Shown: positions 1-23,137, counted from the first letter of the stretch. The stretch: DNA of 64,000 bases from Amoebidium appalachense (GCA_963693365.1 CAVNZM010000001.1:9192907-9256906); one strand, 5' to 3'. Numbers and translations are program-made. Notes: generated from the sequence alone by a model not told the origin.

Positions 1-284
1 AGCTAGCATTTGCACGTTTTACATAAGTTATGTCTGTACTTTGTGACTAGGCAATCCACTGAGACGAGTGCCACCGTGTCACCTTTCGTTTTCCGACTCA
101 ACTACAACTGAAACACATTAACACTGCGGCTTGGAAAAATCTGAGTGAGTGGCAGGCACGAAGAAAATTGAAAATAGGCGAGTTTTGGCGGCTAGTATTA
201 AGCTGCCAAGTGATATTCGACGTTTCCGCTTGACAAACGCCCAAGCTTGAGGGTACAACTTCTGTTCGTGCCATATATTTGAAA

Positions 285-1524
285 ATGATTGACATATCCG
301 ATACGCAGAGTAAGTGTTTAAACCAGTCTAGAACCCAATTTATGAAAGCCTTCAGCACCTACTTACACACACGCACGTACAAACACGCACACACAGGTAC
401 ACACGCGCACACGCGCACACGCACACACGCACACACACAAGCGTGCCTACACACACACACAAACACACACACACAAACACACACAAACACACACCACACG
501 CACGCGCACACGCACACACACACGCGCGCGCGCGCGCGTAGGCACGCTTATGGTCACATCGAAGAACTGCCCATGACCTGCACAAGCAAGCACGTGTACT
601 ACCAAAGCCATACATCCGTTTACCAGGCACGTGTTTTGGCTCACACCAATATAAAAGAACGATGGTGAAAATAGGTTACAAGGGTTGAGGCACACACACG
701 ACACACACGTTTGCTCTCGCCCACACATACACACATGGGCAAACATAAAACATCTACCCACCCAAGCACGTGCGCACATGCGTGCTACACACACTTATGC
801 ACTCACCCACCCACCTACACAACCACCCACCCACCCATCCACCCACCTGCGCACGCACGGTACACACGCACGCACACATGCTCGCATGCACACACACACG
901 CACACACGCACACACGCACACACACACAAATACACACACACACACAACACACGCACACAACACACACACACAACCACAAACACACACATCCAGTTTAGGT
1001 TCACTGTAATACTAACCAGACCTTTCACAGAGATTGGGGCCGGCCTAGCGGCTTTTGGCTCCCTCTTCGTTTTCATGGGTGTTCTTATGTTCTTCGACCG
1101 GGGTCTTCTCGCTATGGGCAACGTAATCCCCGCTATCCCCTTCCTCCCCTCCTCCCCCCCTCCCCCCCCCCCCCCCCCCCGGCCTTAGTTTGCACACACA
1201 TCTTCACCGTTTTGCTCACCTTGCTTGCATAAGCAACCCTACTCGTCTTTGATCAAGACGGGCTGACCCTCCCAAGTTCAGTTGATGCTGCTGTCTGAGT
1301 TGGAGAGTCGAATATACGCGGGCTAAGGGGTCGAAACTCAGACGCAATTGATGACTTGGGCCCTCCCTGAGGATGGGCTCTGCTTATGACGCATACTGTG
1401 CGCATGGATGATGTTGCATACTTGAATGTTTGCATTTGCATGTGTCCTGCACCATGCTTCTCATCGTGTATGCGTACTTCATACCGTGTTCCGCATTCAA
1501 CCCCCCCCCCCCCCCCCCCCCCTC

Positions 1525-1563
<39 letters not shown>

Positions 1564-1853
1564 CCCCCCCCACTGTTCAACAACCCCCATTGTTTTGTTA
1601 TTTTTATAACTGATGTATTAAATATTTTCTACTGCCGTAACAGTGTGTAGTTGTGGGAACTGAAAGGATGCATGTGGCTGGGTGTTGGGGGGGGGGGGGG
1701 GCAAGCAGCATAAACGGAAGCGAGAGAAGCAGGAGGAGGAGAGGGGGGAGGCAGGGGGGGAGGGGGGGGGGGGGGAGGAGAGGGGGATGACAAGTGCATC
1801 ACTTTTTCTGTATATCTTTGATCCCCCCCCCCCCCCCCCCCTCCCTCCCTCCC

Positions 1854-1884
<31 letters not shown>

Positions 1885-2289
1885 AAAGAAAGAAAAGAAA
1901 AGAAAAAAAACCCCCAACCACGGCCACTGCCACCCACCCACCGCCACCCACCATTTTATTGCTTCCTGCTTGTGGTTGCGCTCTAACCTCAAATGTTTTT
2001 CTCACCCGATTTGTGCTTTTCCTGCCTGCTCACTTCAGTAGCCCTGCTTCTTTTTAACAAAGAACGGTGACCATTAACATCTGTTAAGTTAAAGCAAACG
2101 GTGTACGAGGTAGGTTTTCTTTTGCTCGCGATGGTTGGGTCGAAATTTAAGTACTGTTGATGACTTGCCCCTTTAGGAGATTGGGGTTTTCCCTATGTTG
2201 CACAGCTAGTATATTTGTATCACATAACACTTTATAAATATGCAAAACGTGCTGTGTACCTTAATTCTGCTGCCCCCCCCTCCCTCCCC

Positions 2290-2320
<31 letters not shown>

Positions 2321-2899
2321 CCCTCCCCTCACCACCCCTTCCCCTCTCCCCTTCCACACACACACACACCTTCCTCAATCCCCCCCGCTCCCCTCCCCCG
2401 TCCCCTCCCCGCTCCCCCCAACCTCGCCTCGGTGCTTCCTCTGCTTGCCCCCTTTGCAGCCTGCCTGTGTTATGCGTGAAGGGGAACAACAAGTGCTCCC
2501 CCACCGCTTTACTTCCATGCAACCGGGCATGGTTGCTCTGTGTCGTGCATCTGTAAGCACATACGCATTTTTCGCTGCACTGCATTAGTTTGCACACACA
2601 TCTGCACCGTTTTGCTCACATTGCTTGCATAAGCAACCCTGCTCGTCTTTGATCAAGACGGGTTGACCCGCCCAAGTTCAGTTGATGCTGCTGTCTGAGT
2701 TGGAGCGTCGTATATACGCGGGCTAAGGGGTCGAAACTCAGACGCAATTGATGACTTGGGTCCTCCCTGAGGATGGGCTCTGCTTATGACGCATACTGTG
2801 CACATGGCTGATGTTGCATACTTGAATGTTTGCCTTTGCATGTGTCCTGCACCATGCTTCTCGTCGTGTATGCGTACTTCGTACCTTTTTCCGCATTCA

Positions 2900-2939
<40 letters not shown>

Positions 2940-4877
2940 TTCCCCGGCTCTTCAGCTGGCAAGACCCCCCAATTCTTAACCACCTTTATGTCGGGGGGAA
3001 GACGAGGGTTTTCCTTTCCCCCATCTCACCCCGACACCTTCCCAACCCTAACATCTCTTCCCGTTTCACTTAGTGTATGATAAAAAAGATCACAGGCAGG
3101 AGGGTGGGGATGCGATAGGGCCCGGGGGTGAAGGGGGGGGGGGGGGGGGGAGTTTAGGAGAGGGAGGGAGGATGGGAGGTGGCGAGGGGGGAAGGGATGG
3201 GGCGGATAGGCTGAAAAGCAGAGGGGGGGGGGGGGGGGGAGAAAAGGGGGGGGGGGGGGAGAGAGAGAGAGAAAGAGACAGAGGGGGGAGGGTTGTGTCG
3301 AGGAAAAGAGAAGAATTAGCAGTACAGTCACTGATACCCCCCCCCCCCCTTCCCCCCCCCCCTCCCGCTCGCGCCCACACACACACACATACACACACAC
3401 ATATGCAAACACAGGTTCTTTTTGTGAGTGGTGTGAGCCTTCTTATCGGGATCCAAAAGACGTTTCAGTTTTTCTTCAACAGTGGAAAATGGAAAGGGTC
3501 TCTGTGTTTCTTCTTTGGCATTCTCATTGTGTTCTGGGGGAGGCCCATTGTCGGGATGATTGTGGAGTCGTTCGGTTTCATCAATTTGTTTGGGTACGTC
3601 TTAGGCTACCCCTCCTACTATCTTCCCTCCCTCATTCCCCCCCCCCCCCCCCCCCCCCCCCCCTCTCCTTTTTTTTTTTTTTCTTTTTCTTTTTTTTCTT
3701 TTGCTTTTGCTTACTGCTGCAACTTTTACCCCCAAAGGCTCCCCTGAGGATGGGCTGTGCTTGTTATGTATGCTCTTTATGTGTGGTTTGCACTCCTCAT
3801 TGTGTTGCCCGTTTGAATGTGTACTTCGCACTCGATGGCGCATTCAAGGGAATAGGTCGAAACTCGGGTACTGTGGATGACGTGGGCCCCCCCTGAGGAT
3901 GGGCTCTGCTTATTATGCATACTCTTTATGTATGGCTTGCATTTTGCATCGTGTTTTCCGTTTGTTCTTGTGTACTTCGTATTTTTTGACGCATTCAACC
4001 CCCCCCCCCCCCCCCCCCCCTCTTGATCCCCTCATCACCCCTCTGGTACCGTGGTCCGTCTAGTTATCTCACATACTCGTTTGGTGTGTTCGATTGTATA
4101 TAACGGCATCGATTCGTCTGTAGCGAAATTGTACTTGCGGTGAACCTGATTCCTCCCCCCCCCCCCCCCCCCCCACCATCCCCAAACATCCCCCCCCCCC
4201 TCCCCCCCCCCCCCCCCTCCCCCCCCTCCCCCCCCCCCCCCCCCCGCCGCCGCTTTCCCTGTCCTGGATGGGCTCTGCTTATTGTGCATACTATTTATGT
4301 ATGGTTTGCACTCTGCATCGTGTTATCCGTTGTTCTTGTGTACTTCGTACTTTATAACGCATTCAAACCCCTGTTTCCTTCCCCCGGTCGAGATTTGAGC
4401 ACTGAAGATGACTTGCCCCTCCCCACTCCCTCCCCCCCCCCCCCCCCCCCTCCCCCCCTCCCCCTCCCCCCCCCCCCCCCCACCGGAGAGGATGGGCTCA
4501 ACTAATGCCGCATATCCGTTCATTTTATTGTCCGTCATGTATGCATACTTGATTTTGTGTAGCATATTCCTAACCCTACCTTTCGACTTCACTTGTCTTT
4601 ACGAGAATCTCATTTCCTGCACCATTTAATACCAGACACACCTACGCACACACACTCTCTCTCCTCTTTCTCGTGATGAAGCTTGGCGGGTACGTTCTTA
4701 TTACTAGTCTGGGAGATCATAGGTGAAATGGTCGATTTTTTGACACCCAAGTGATGAATGTGTTTGTTTGTGGGTGGATGAGTGGGTGGGGTTGGGGTAG
4801 TGGTAGCGGTGGTGGTGGGGGGGGGCCACCGTGGGGGTGGGTGGGTGGGTGGGTGTTGGGGTGTGTGTGTGTATGTT

Positions 4878-4948
<71 letters not shown>

Positions 4949-5083
4949 CACTACAGCAATCAACTTCCTCTAACGGGGATACATGTGCACATAGTGATTT
5001 CTTCCCGACTGCAATCAACTTCATGCGACGACTGCCAATTATCGGCCACGTTCTCAACCTGCCTGTTATTGCCCAGGTTCTGA

Positions 5084-5135
<52 letters not shown>

Positions 5136-5233
5136 GGGGGCAATTATTTGTAGTTGCATCTTGTTGGCCGTTATGGATGTGTACGTCGTACTCGATACCA
5201 CATTGATATATATCCCCCCCCCCCCAAACACAT

Positions 5234-5275
<42 letters not shown>

Positions 5276-5765
5276 AAAAAAATTGAAATAAATAAATAAA
5301 TAACTCGCATTCCCCCGCACCCCGAGAAATTCAGTATGCCGTGTTTATTTTCTTCCCTACCTTTGCATGTCCTTCAGTGACTCGAATCGATATTCTCTCT
5401 CTCTTTACGCTTCGTACCCAAGTTAGCACATTTCCCCCCCCCCCCCCCCCCCCCCCCCCCTTTTTTTTTTTACCCCTTCTTTTCTTTGCTTGGCAAATTT
5501 GGAACTGTTTGTCATATCATGATGTTCATTTCTTCCTATTTAGGGTGTGTGAGGGTGCTTTGGGACACGGCATCGAGGGTTTTTTTTGGGGGGGGGGGGG
5601 GGGGGGGTCCATCCTGTGAGGGGCTGCGTGCATGTGGGCTGTGTGTGTGTGTACGTCTGCTTTGAATGAATAGGCAAGGGACTTTCTGCAAATACTAATT
5701 GACACTGTTCCTGCGCACAGATCATCGACCGAACTCTGGGTTCCGGGGCACGGCTACCCGTATGA
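285..5765 (+). CDS. GOLT1B: Got1/Sft2-family vesicle transport protein (GOLT1B/Got1p-like), 5 exons, 140 aa
   Basis: Exons 285-309, 1031-1122, 3415-3593, 4995-5076, 5721-5765 are all GT-AG and phase-consistent (423 nt). Translation MIDISDTQKIGAGLAAFGSLFVFMGVLMFFDRGLLAMGNVLFVSG...GDFFPTAINFMRRLPIIGHVLNLP...LPV* matches the GOLT1B pattern MISLTDTQKIG...FFDKALLAIGNVLF from memory. Confidence 0.95.
1185..1500 (+). mobile_element. Structured intronic retroposon-like repeat, subfamily A, 5'-truncated copy
   Basis: Near-identical to 2585-2901 and to the 453-bp array unit; flanked by C-runs; ends CCGCATTCAA-poly-C; in GOLT1 intron 2. Confidence 0.8.
2503..2901 (+). mobile_element. Structured intronic retroposon-like repeat, subfamily A, ~400-bp copy
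   Basis: Matches most of the 453-bp unit (ACCGCTTTACTTCCATGCAA ... CCGCATTCAAA) and is followed by a long C-run. Confidence 0.8.
3741..4367 (+). mobile_element. Cluster of truncated subfamily-B copies (3741-3847, 3849-3998, 4262-4367)
   Basis: Shared core (C)CTGAGGATGGGCTCTGCTTATTATGCATACTCTTTATGT...GTGTACTTCGTA...CGCATTCAA; in GOLT1 intron 3. Confidence 0.75.
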
Positions 5766-5974
5766 GGTCCTGTCCGGCTTGGCGGGTTTGCGGTTCACAC
5801 GAGTGTGAGCTTTTTCTTTCCCCGAAATAGGAGAATTCCGCGACCAGCTCCCCCCCCAAAACACACATGCACACACATGCATGCACGTGCGCTAACATTC
5901 CTGCCCGCACACGTGCACACACGCACACATTCATTTATCACACATGCATACACACACCCACATACCCACACACA

Positions 5975-6025
<51 letters not shown>

Positions 6026-6315
6026 ATTGATAGGCCACCATACCCTTCTCTAGGAGCAGTTCGTCGTTGCCTTATCTGCTTCCTGTTGTCCCCCTTGTAT
6101 CGCTTTATCGGTATTCTCACTTAGTTGGTGCGTGTAGACTTCCTTTTTTTTTTTAGAGAAGACGAGGCATGAAAGCCCAACGGTTCGGTGCTATTTCTGA
6201 CTGTATGTGCATACAGAAATTAGCAGTTGACGGATAGACATGCATAGTGATGGACATGTGTGTGCACCCGTGCACGCACGCATCACACATGGACGTGGAC
6301 TCACACACACGCTGT

Positions 6316-6388
<73 letters not shown>

Positions 6389-7099
6389 GGGTGGGAGGGG
6401 GGGGATGTTCCACCGTTGTAGATCTCTTTCCCATATTGTGGGGGAGGGTGGGGGGGGAAGGAATGGAAGGCTTTGAAAGGGGTTCGAGAGCTGACTTCGA
6501 TAGAAGCTGATGCTATAGTCAGTCAATATTGAACTTGCTTTGCATAACCATGAAACTAATTTTATTAAGTTAAATAGCAGTATTACTGGAATGTTGTAGC
6601 AGTTGTAGAGCTTGAAAAGCCTGAATGTATGAGACGGGCAGTGTCTGTGTATTTTTAAAAAAAAATGCCCCTGAGGTGACTGCCCGGATTTTGCCTGTGC
6701 CTGGCGCATGGGTTGGTTTGAGAAGGTGAAAAGTTGAGACACGGGCGTGTACGTGTGTATCTTGCTTTGTGTTTGTGCAGGCACTTTTCAAAAGGTCCGC
6801 TTTGCAAAGTATTCTGTCGTGCATGCTTGGAACCACTCATGTGTGGGCTTTCTCACTCGACGACGTTGTGTATGTTTTCAAGGCGGCTTTTTCATAAAAA
6901 TCTTTCTCCAAAAGTATTGAGTTGACTCAAGGATTTGTAGGCGAAGTGTTTTGAAGTACAGTACGTGACGCACTCACCGTATATAAAGTTGGATGAAGGA
7001 ACTTCTGATATAGAAAACGTGGAAATGAAAACTTGCAAGCGGTGTTTTTTTTTTTTGTTTGTTTTTTGTTTTGCTTTTCTTCTTTTTACGGGTCAACAC

Positions 7100-7275
7100 G
7101 ATTTTTCCCGGGCCGAGACCCGGGAAAATTGATAGTCAATTTAGCAAATTCCAGTCACAAAGTCGCTGATTGGATAAAGGCAAAGTGAACCAGCCAATCA
7201 ACACATAGCATTTTTGCGCGCCAAATTAATGCGCCAATCAAAACCCGGTTTCGAACAATTCTTCCCGCGCTTTTT
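7100..7275 (+). promoter_or_regulatory. Putative cell-cycle-type promoter: three CCAAT boxes and E2F-like sites
   Basis: ATTGG 7169-7173, CCAAT 7194-7198 and 7234-7238, TTTTTGCGCGCCAAA 7211-7225, TTCCCGCGC ~7262-7270; unique, repeat-free sequence upstream of the kinase gene. Confidence 0.55.
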
Positions 7276-8132
7276 TATCGGGGCACCGTGCACGTGAGCC
7301 GTGCGTGGGGAGGCTCGGGTGCCTTGGTTTGTTTACATGCCACAAAAAACAAGTTGAAAGGTTTTGGACCAAAGCCACACGAAGCTTCGACGCAAAAGCA
7401 GTCAGAGGAAAAAAGTGAAGGAATACAAAGCAATAGGTTTTGCGAAACGTTGGTGTATGGGTGTTTGAGGTTAGATGGAGTTATAGGTGGTAATTGTGAT
7501 GTGACAATAACTTACAGCTAGTATACTGCGTACAGTGTAACAGAGTTGACCCTTTTTGGTGACTCAGCTGTTCGCAAAACGGTGGCGTCGAGTCAATGTG
7601 TTTTTCCCATGGTTCGTTTACCATAGTATCTTGATAACTTGAGTGTATATAAAATATCCAAGTATAAATATTCCTACGTATATATACATACTTTTATAAT
7701 TAACTTAAAAAATAGTTTATGAAACACATACAACGAAAATTTTGTGATGCAGCACAGTTAGCTGACTTTGTGAAAAACAACACGGGTTTCTTCGCTTTTG
7801 CTGAACTTTGGGAGTCCTGGTTTCAACGTCTTGGATGCTTTTTGTTGCTAAGTATCTTAACGAATGAATAGGAGCTTCCTTGCGTTTGTGTATGTGAAAG
7901 CTTTATGTACTTTGACGCTCATTTTGGTGTGACTCAAAACAACCAACCAAAGCTGGTCAGCTGGTTACTCGCGGCTGTGGAGCGAGCACGATTATTTTTA
8001 GCACAAGCTACATGAAAGTGAATACTGTTGAGCATAATGCTATCTGCTGCCTCTGCTGAGTTTTCGAAGGTAATTACCCTCCCCCCTTCCGGATCCCCCC
8101 TCAAGCCTCACCCCCTCCCCTCCCCGCCACCC

Positions 8133-8163
<31 letters not shown>

Positions 8164-8237
8164 ACGCACAAAAGACGCACACACACACCCGACACCCAAG
8201 CACCGTTTTTGTCCACCCAACTACCTCCCTGGCCGAT

Positions 8238-8274
<37 letters not shown>

Positions 8275-8486
8275 ACCCCTGTCCTTCAGTCTCCTTATGT
8301 ACCAGTTATTGCACCCAGATCAAGGAAACGTCTCATCCGCAGCTCACTTGGTCAACCTATGTACCTCATTCTGTGACCCTGTAGCTTCACAGAGTTTTTC
8401 GCAAAACAAAAGGCAAAAGAATCGTAGTCGTAGTGGTCTGAGCAAGGGAAAAAGGTCTAGCAGGATATTCTCTCTCTCTGTGTGTG

Positions 8487-8527
<41 letters not shown>

Positions 8528-8677
8528 GTGTGTGCGTGTGTGTGCGTGACACTGTGCACACGCGCACGTGTGTGTGTATGCGCGTGTGTGTGCTTATGTG
8601 CGTGTGCGTGTGTGTGTTCGTGTGCGCGTGCTTGTGGGTGTGTGTGTGTGTGTGCGTGTGTGTGCCTGCGCGCGCGC

Positions 8678-8710
<33 letters not shown>

Positions 8711-8994
8711 CGCGCACGTGCGTGTGTGTGTGTGTGTGCATGCGTGTGTGCTACAGTGTGTGAGTGTGTCTGTGTGTGTGCGTGTGTGCGTGTGTGCAAG
8801 TGTGCATGTGTGTGTGCGTGTGTGTGCAAACAATGTGTGTGTGCCTGAAGGGGATCACTTGACTCAGGGGAAGAAAGGAAATTGGATATCCAGCTGTGTT
8901 TGCTTGAGTCAAAAATCCTACAACGATCCCAGTGTGTCTGTTTATGCGCATCGAGAAATTGATTCCGTTTTGAATGCAGGTGGGAACGGGCAAT

Positions 8995-18624
<9,630 letters not shown>

Positions 18625-18657
18625 AGTGGGGTCTCGGTCTGCCCCCCCCCCCCCCCC

Positions 18658-18690
<33 letters not shown>

Positions 18691-19286
18691 ACTCACCCAC
18701 GCCCTCCCCCCCACCCCTTCCTTGCGCGACTCCCTGCCCTGTTACTACACATACGGGCGTACGCACGCGCAAACACACACACACACACGGGCATGCGCGC
18801 CCGCACGCACATACACCTGTGCAGACCACACGCGCACCAACACAAAGAACTTGCAATAATGGCCTGGTGACAATCACAATCGCTGATAAGAATAGCTCAA
18901 ACATACTTGTTGGTTGGGCCTATATATAGACATGCATGTAGGAATGGTACCAGTCATATATGTATGTTTGGAGCCCAAAACCCCCCATGGGCCTATGTTT
19001 ATCGAATGTGCAATCTTTTCGTTTCTGATTCGTTTGACTGTTCGAAACCGCTAAAGACAACTGTATACAAAAATTGCTGCCTGTCATACGTAATGCTAGA
19101 CTAAGTTACTAACGGTTTGCATACAGCGCAGTTCATGCACACACAGTGTCACTGAAATGCATGCATGTATATGTGTACAACCAATGGCATGAAAGCACAA
19201 ACACAACTAGTACAGCAGGAGCACCGCCCGCACGTGCGCACACGCACACGTGCACGCGCGCGCGCGCGCACGCACACACACACACG

Positions 19287-19339
<53 letters not shown>

Positions 19340-20118
19340 ACATGGACACAAGAATGTAGGTGAACACGGGCACATGTCACGGCGAACTTGTATTCAAACA
19401 TTCAGTCATACACCACACCCGGCACATACGCGCACACTTTGTTGATTATGTTTGACGTTTACATACATACCGACCTTCTTATGTAGGACTCTAGTGTATG
19501 GATTCTCACCGGGGGAGGATGGGACAATAGTTACGGGTTTTAAGTTACACGTTTGCACTATGGTGGTTACATGAATGACTGATTAATTATTTTTATTTAT
19601 GGTGTGTCATAATACTTTAACTTGAATCAGCTGAATGCATCAGGGTAGCACCCTATTTAGGGTATGTACTGTCGGTGCATAGTGGAAGGCGGTACTTTCT
19701 ATGATGGATACTAATCCCAGGCAAATTTGAAGAAAAGAATACCCTGCACAGGAATTGATTCGGATAAGACGAGTACATATAACGAGTGATGAAAATAAAA
19801 GAATCTCCCTCTGCAATGTGATGGCTTGCATTGTCCAGAGTTTGGTGGAATTTTGAAATTTAGAAATGTTATGACAATTTTCTGGTCGGAATCCAAGATG
19901 TTTAGATAATTTGCCTAGCTCTGGGACAAAGAATCGAAGTGGGTCAGATGTTACAGGAATGCACATATACATGCGCGTCACGCACTTACGTTTGGGAGGA
20001 AAGAAAGAGACACTTTGATGGCTGGGAACTTCAAGACCGAGGGAGGGAGCAGGGAGAAGGGGGGGGAGGGGGGAGGGGGACAGTTTGAATTCGAAGCTTG
20101 TGTGTTGTGACAGTCATC

Positions 20119-20167
<49 letters not shown>

Positions 20168-20530
20168 CTTGTGTGTGTGTGTGTATGTGTGTGTACGTGT
20201 GTACACCGTGACGTGTGTGTGTGTGTGTGTATACGTATGTACATGTGTGTGTGTGTGCCACGGTGTGTGTGTGTGCGTGCGTGCATGTGACTGTGCACGT
20301 GTGTGCGTGTGTGTGTGTTTTTGTGTGTGTGTGTGCGTGTGTGTTTTGTTTGTTTGTTTGTATGTGTGTCACGTGTGTGTGTACACGTGTGTGCATGCGG
20401 ATATATATTGTATTTTCGAACCTTTACTTGGTCTGAGTTGTTAACTCTCGATTTGATCAGACCGTCGAAGAGCCTGGTCCGGAGCCAGCTGATCAGGCCC
20501 TTAACTGACCCTTGGGCCTTGGCCTGATCA

Positions 20531-20715
20531 GCAACGCGGAGGTGCCTCTGCAGCGCTGCCAATAACGCGGGTAGGTGTGGATGTGCGCGCGCAATTACAC
20601 GTACGAGTATGTGTAAGACGCCTTTATTTCGCGTCTACATATGCATCGCTCACGTTCTCCACGCTCAGTTTGCGTTTCCCCTTGAATGTTTCTTTGCACA
20701 TGTTTCTTTTGCATA
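20531..20715 (+). repeat. Displaced duplicate of YqeY exon 1 3' part and intron 1 start (source 20989-21167)
   Basis: ~180 bp near-identical, with a few substitutions and a 6-bp ATGCAT insertion. Confidence 0.9.
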
Positions 20716-20925
20716 TGACGTCATAAACCGGTTCTGATTCGCTAAAAATCAGTTTTGGCGCGAACTTCTGTAATATTCATCGTGGCAGCCATGCGGCCCA
20801 CAAAGATCTGAACGTTGCCAAACACCCAAACACACACACGCCGGAGCTTGAGCGAAAGAAAGGAGTCGAGAAAAAACAAGAAGAACGCAACAATTAGACC
20901 TTTTAAGTCTTGTCAATTTGTGAAA

Positions 20926-22043
20926 ATGATGAGCGTTCTGGCAAAGAGCATTGGCACCAGCGTGCGCGTGAGCAGTGTGGCGGCCGTGGCAACGCGGAGG
21001 TGCCTCTGCAGCGCTGCCAATAACACGGGTAGGTGTGGATGTGTGCGCGCAATTACACGTACGAGTATGTGTAAGACGCTTTTATTTCGCGTCTACATCG
21101 CTCACGTTCTCCACGCTCAGTTTGCGTTTCCCCTTGAATGTTTCTTTGCACATGTTTCTTTTGCATACACAACGCACTTTCGTTGAGTGTTTTCGCACAT
21201 CCTGCTCTGAGGTGTACTTCGTTCCTCCTGAGCAACCCCTTTTCCCCTTCCCACTTTCCACTTCCCCCTTTATTACTCCCCTTTCTTCCCCCCCCCCCCC
21301 TCCCCTCCCCCCTCCCCCCTCCCTCCCCCCTCCCCCCCTTCCTCTCCATCCCCTCCCCCCTTCCCCCTAAATCCTTAGGATGGTACAAATGTCTAAGCCA
21401 GGGTGTGAGTTGGGTGTCGCACGCAAGAGTTGTAGGGTTTGAAATTCTTGCACTGTGGGTGACTTGGTCTCCCCTGTCCTCCCTACTGTGGTTTGCATTC
21501 TTCCCCTCCCCCCCCCCCCCCCCCTCCCCCGGGCCCTATCTGCCCCTCCGCCCCCCGCCTTCTCCCCTCCCCCTCTCCTTTTACCCCCTTTCCCTCTCCC
21601 CCCCCCCCCCCCCCCCCCGCCCCTTCCCCCCCCCCTCCCCCCTTCATCCCCCCGTGCATGATCGTCGCTTGCATGATATGATCATCAATATAGTGTTGCT
21701 CTTTTTTCGTGTTTTCGTTATGCCTTATCTATATTCTGATCCGACTTTGTTTTACTCAACATTTCAACACCTCCAATCCGAGTCTGCCCCCCCCCCCCCC
21801 CCCCCCCCCCCTTAAGACACACACACACACACAGACATGCACACATGCACACAAACATCTCCTAACCCGATCCAACCTTACAAACAGATGCCCCCTCCCC
21901 CCACTCCACACAAGAAACACTCTCCCTTTCTACCCCCCTCCCCCCCCCCCCCCCCCCATAATCCCCTTTCCCGTCGGCCCCACACACTTTCCCTCCTTCC
22001 TCCAGGAGCATTTACACACACACACGTCATACACACACACGCG

Positions 22044-22082
<39 letters not shown>

Positions 22083-22736
22083 CCCCCCTCCCCCCGCGCC
22101 TAAGCACCAACCACAAATAAGACGCATTCCCCCCTCCCTCCTCCCCCCCCCCCCCCCCCCCAAAAAAAAAAAAAAAAAAAAAAAACATACACATGCACAC
22201 ACACACATTCTTTTGTGTTGAGGTGTAGGAACCTTCGTGATGTTGGGCTTTGGTCAAGTTTTCTTCTGCCTGCATGTTTTTTGTTTGTTCCATTTTTTTG
22301 ATTGTTTGATTTCGGGCTTTTCTCTTTGTCACGTTTTGCACTTTGTCCTTTGGGGTCTCCTCGAGGTTTCCAACCCTCTAATGCATACGTCCCCCCCCCC
22401 CCCCTCCCCGCTCCCCAGGGCGCAGGCACACACACACACACATACAACCCCCCTTCTCCCCCCCCCCCCCCCCACACACACACACACACACACACACACC
22501 ACCACCACCACCACCACACTGGTCGCCCCCGAGGATGTGCTCTGCCTAAAAAGCATACTCTTTATGTGTGGTTTGCAATCTGCATTGTCTTGTTCATTAT
22601 GAATGTGTACGTCATACTCCGTAACACATTCTAACACCCCCCTTTCCCTCCCCCTCCTCCCCTCCCCCCTCCCCCCCCCCCCCCCCCCCCCCCCCCCCAC
22701 ACACACACACATACAAAACCCTACACCTCCCCCAAC

Positions 22737-22797
<61 letters not shown>

Positions 22798-23098
22798 TAT
22801 CCGCGCGTTTCTCAAGGAGGAGCTCAAAGTAGCTATGCGGGCCAAAGACAAAGAGAAAACAATGGTCACAAAGACACTTCTGAGCGACATTTTGTACGCG
22901 GAAAAGAACAAAACGAGCGGTGATTTCACAGCTGCCGACATTATGGTGGTGATGCAAAAGGCGGCCAATCAAAGAAAGGACTCCATCGCTCAGTTTGTAT
23001 GTTGTTACTCCCCCCTCCCCCCCCCCCCTCCCCTCCCTTCTCCTCCCCCCCCCCCCCTGGCCGTGATTTTTCCTGCTTCGTACTTCTTACGGCATTGT

Positions 23099-23137
<39 letters not shown>

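Noticed and set aside
2705-2745. Hairpin ribozyme loop B (GUAUAUAC / GAAAC)
   Set aside because: No supporting helix 3 or loop A, and the motif is not conserved in subfamily B.
2749-2770. Box C/D snoRNA (TGATGA ... CTGA) within the repeat
   Set aside because: The boxes are only 12 nt apart, box C is GGATGA in subfamily B, and there is no terminal stem.
2728-2778. Hammerhead ribozyme (GAAAC ... GUC ... CUGAGGA)
   Set aside because: Core words are present, but stem II cannot pair, stem I would be only 4 nt, and the GUC triplet is absent in copy 1185 and in subfamily B.
4673-4760. Intronic GTGATGA motifs suggesting a C/D snoRNA
   Set aside because: No CTGA box D at a suitable distance.
4878-4946. 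Exact lengths of very long G/C homopolymers as a meaningful signal
   Set aside because: Homopolymer lengths are unreliable in sequence consensus; only their position and strand were used.
7103-7128. 10-bp inverted repeat TTTTCCCGGG/CCCGGGAAAA as a terminator or transposon end
   Set aside because: Eukaryotic promoter context, with no partner TIR or TSD; at most a dimeric factor binding site.
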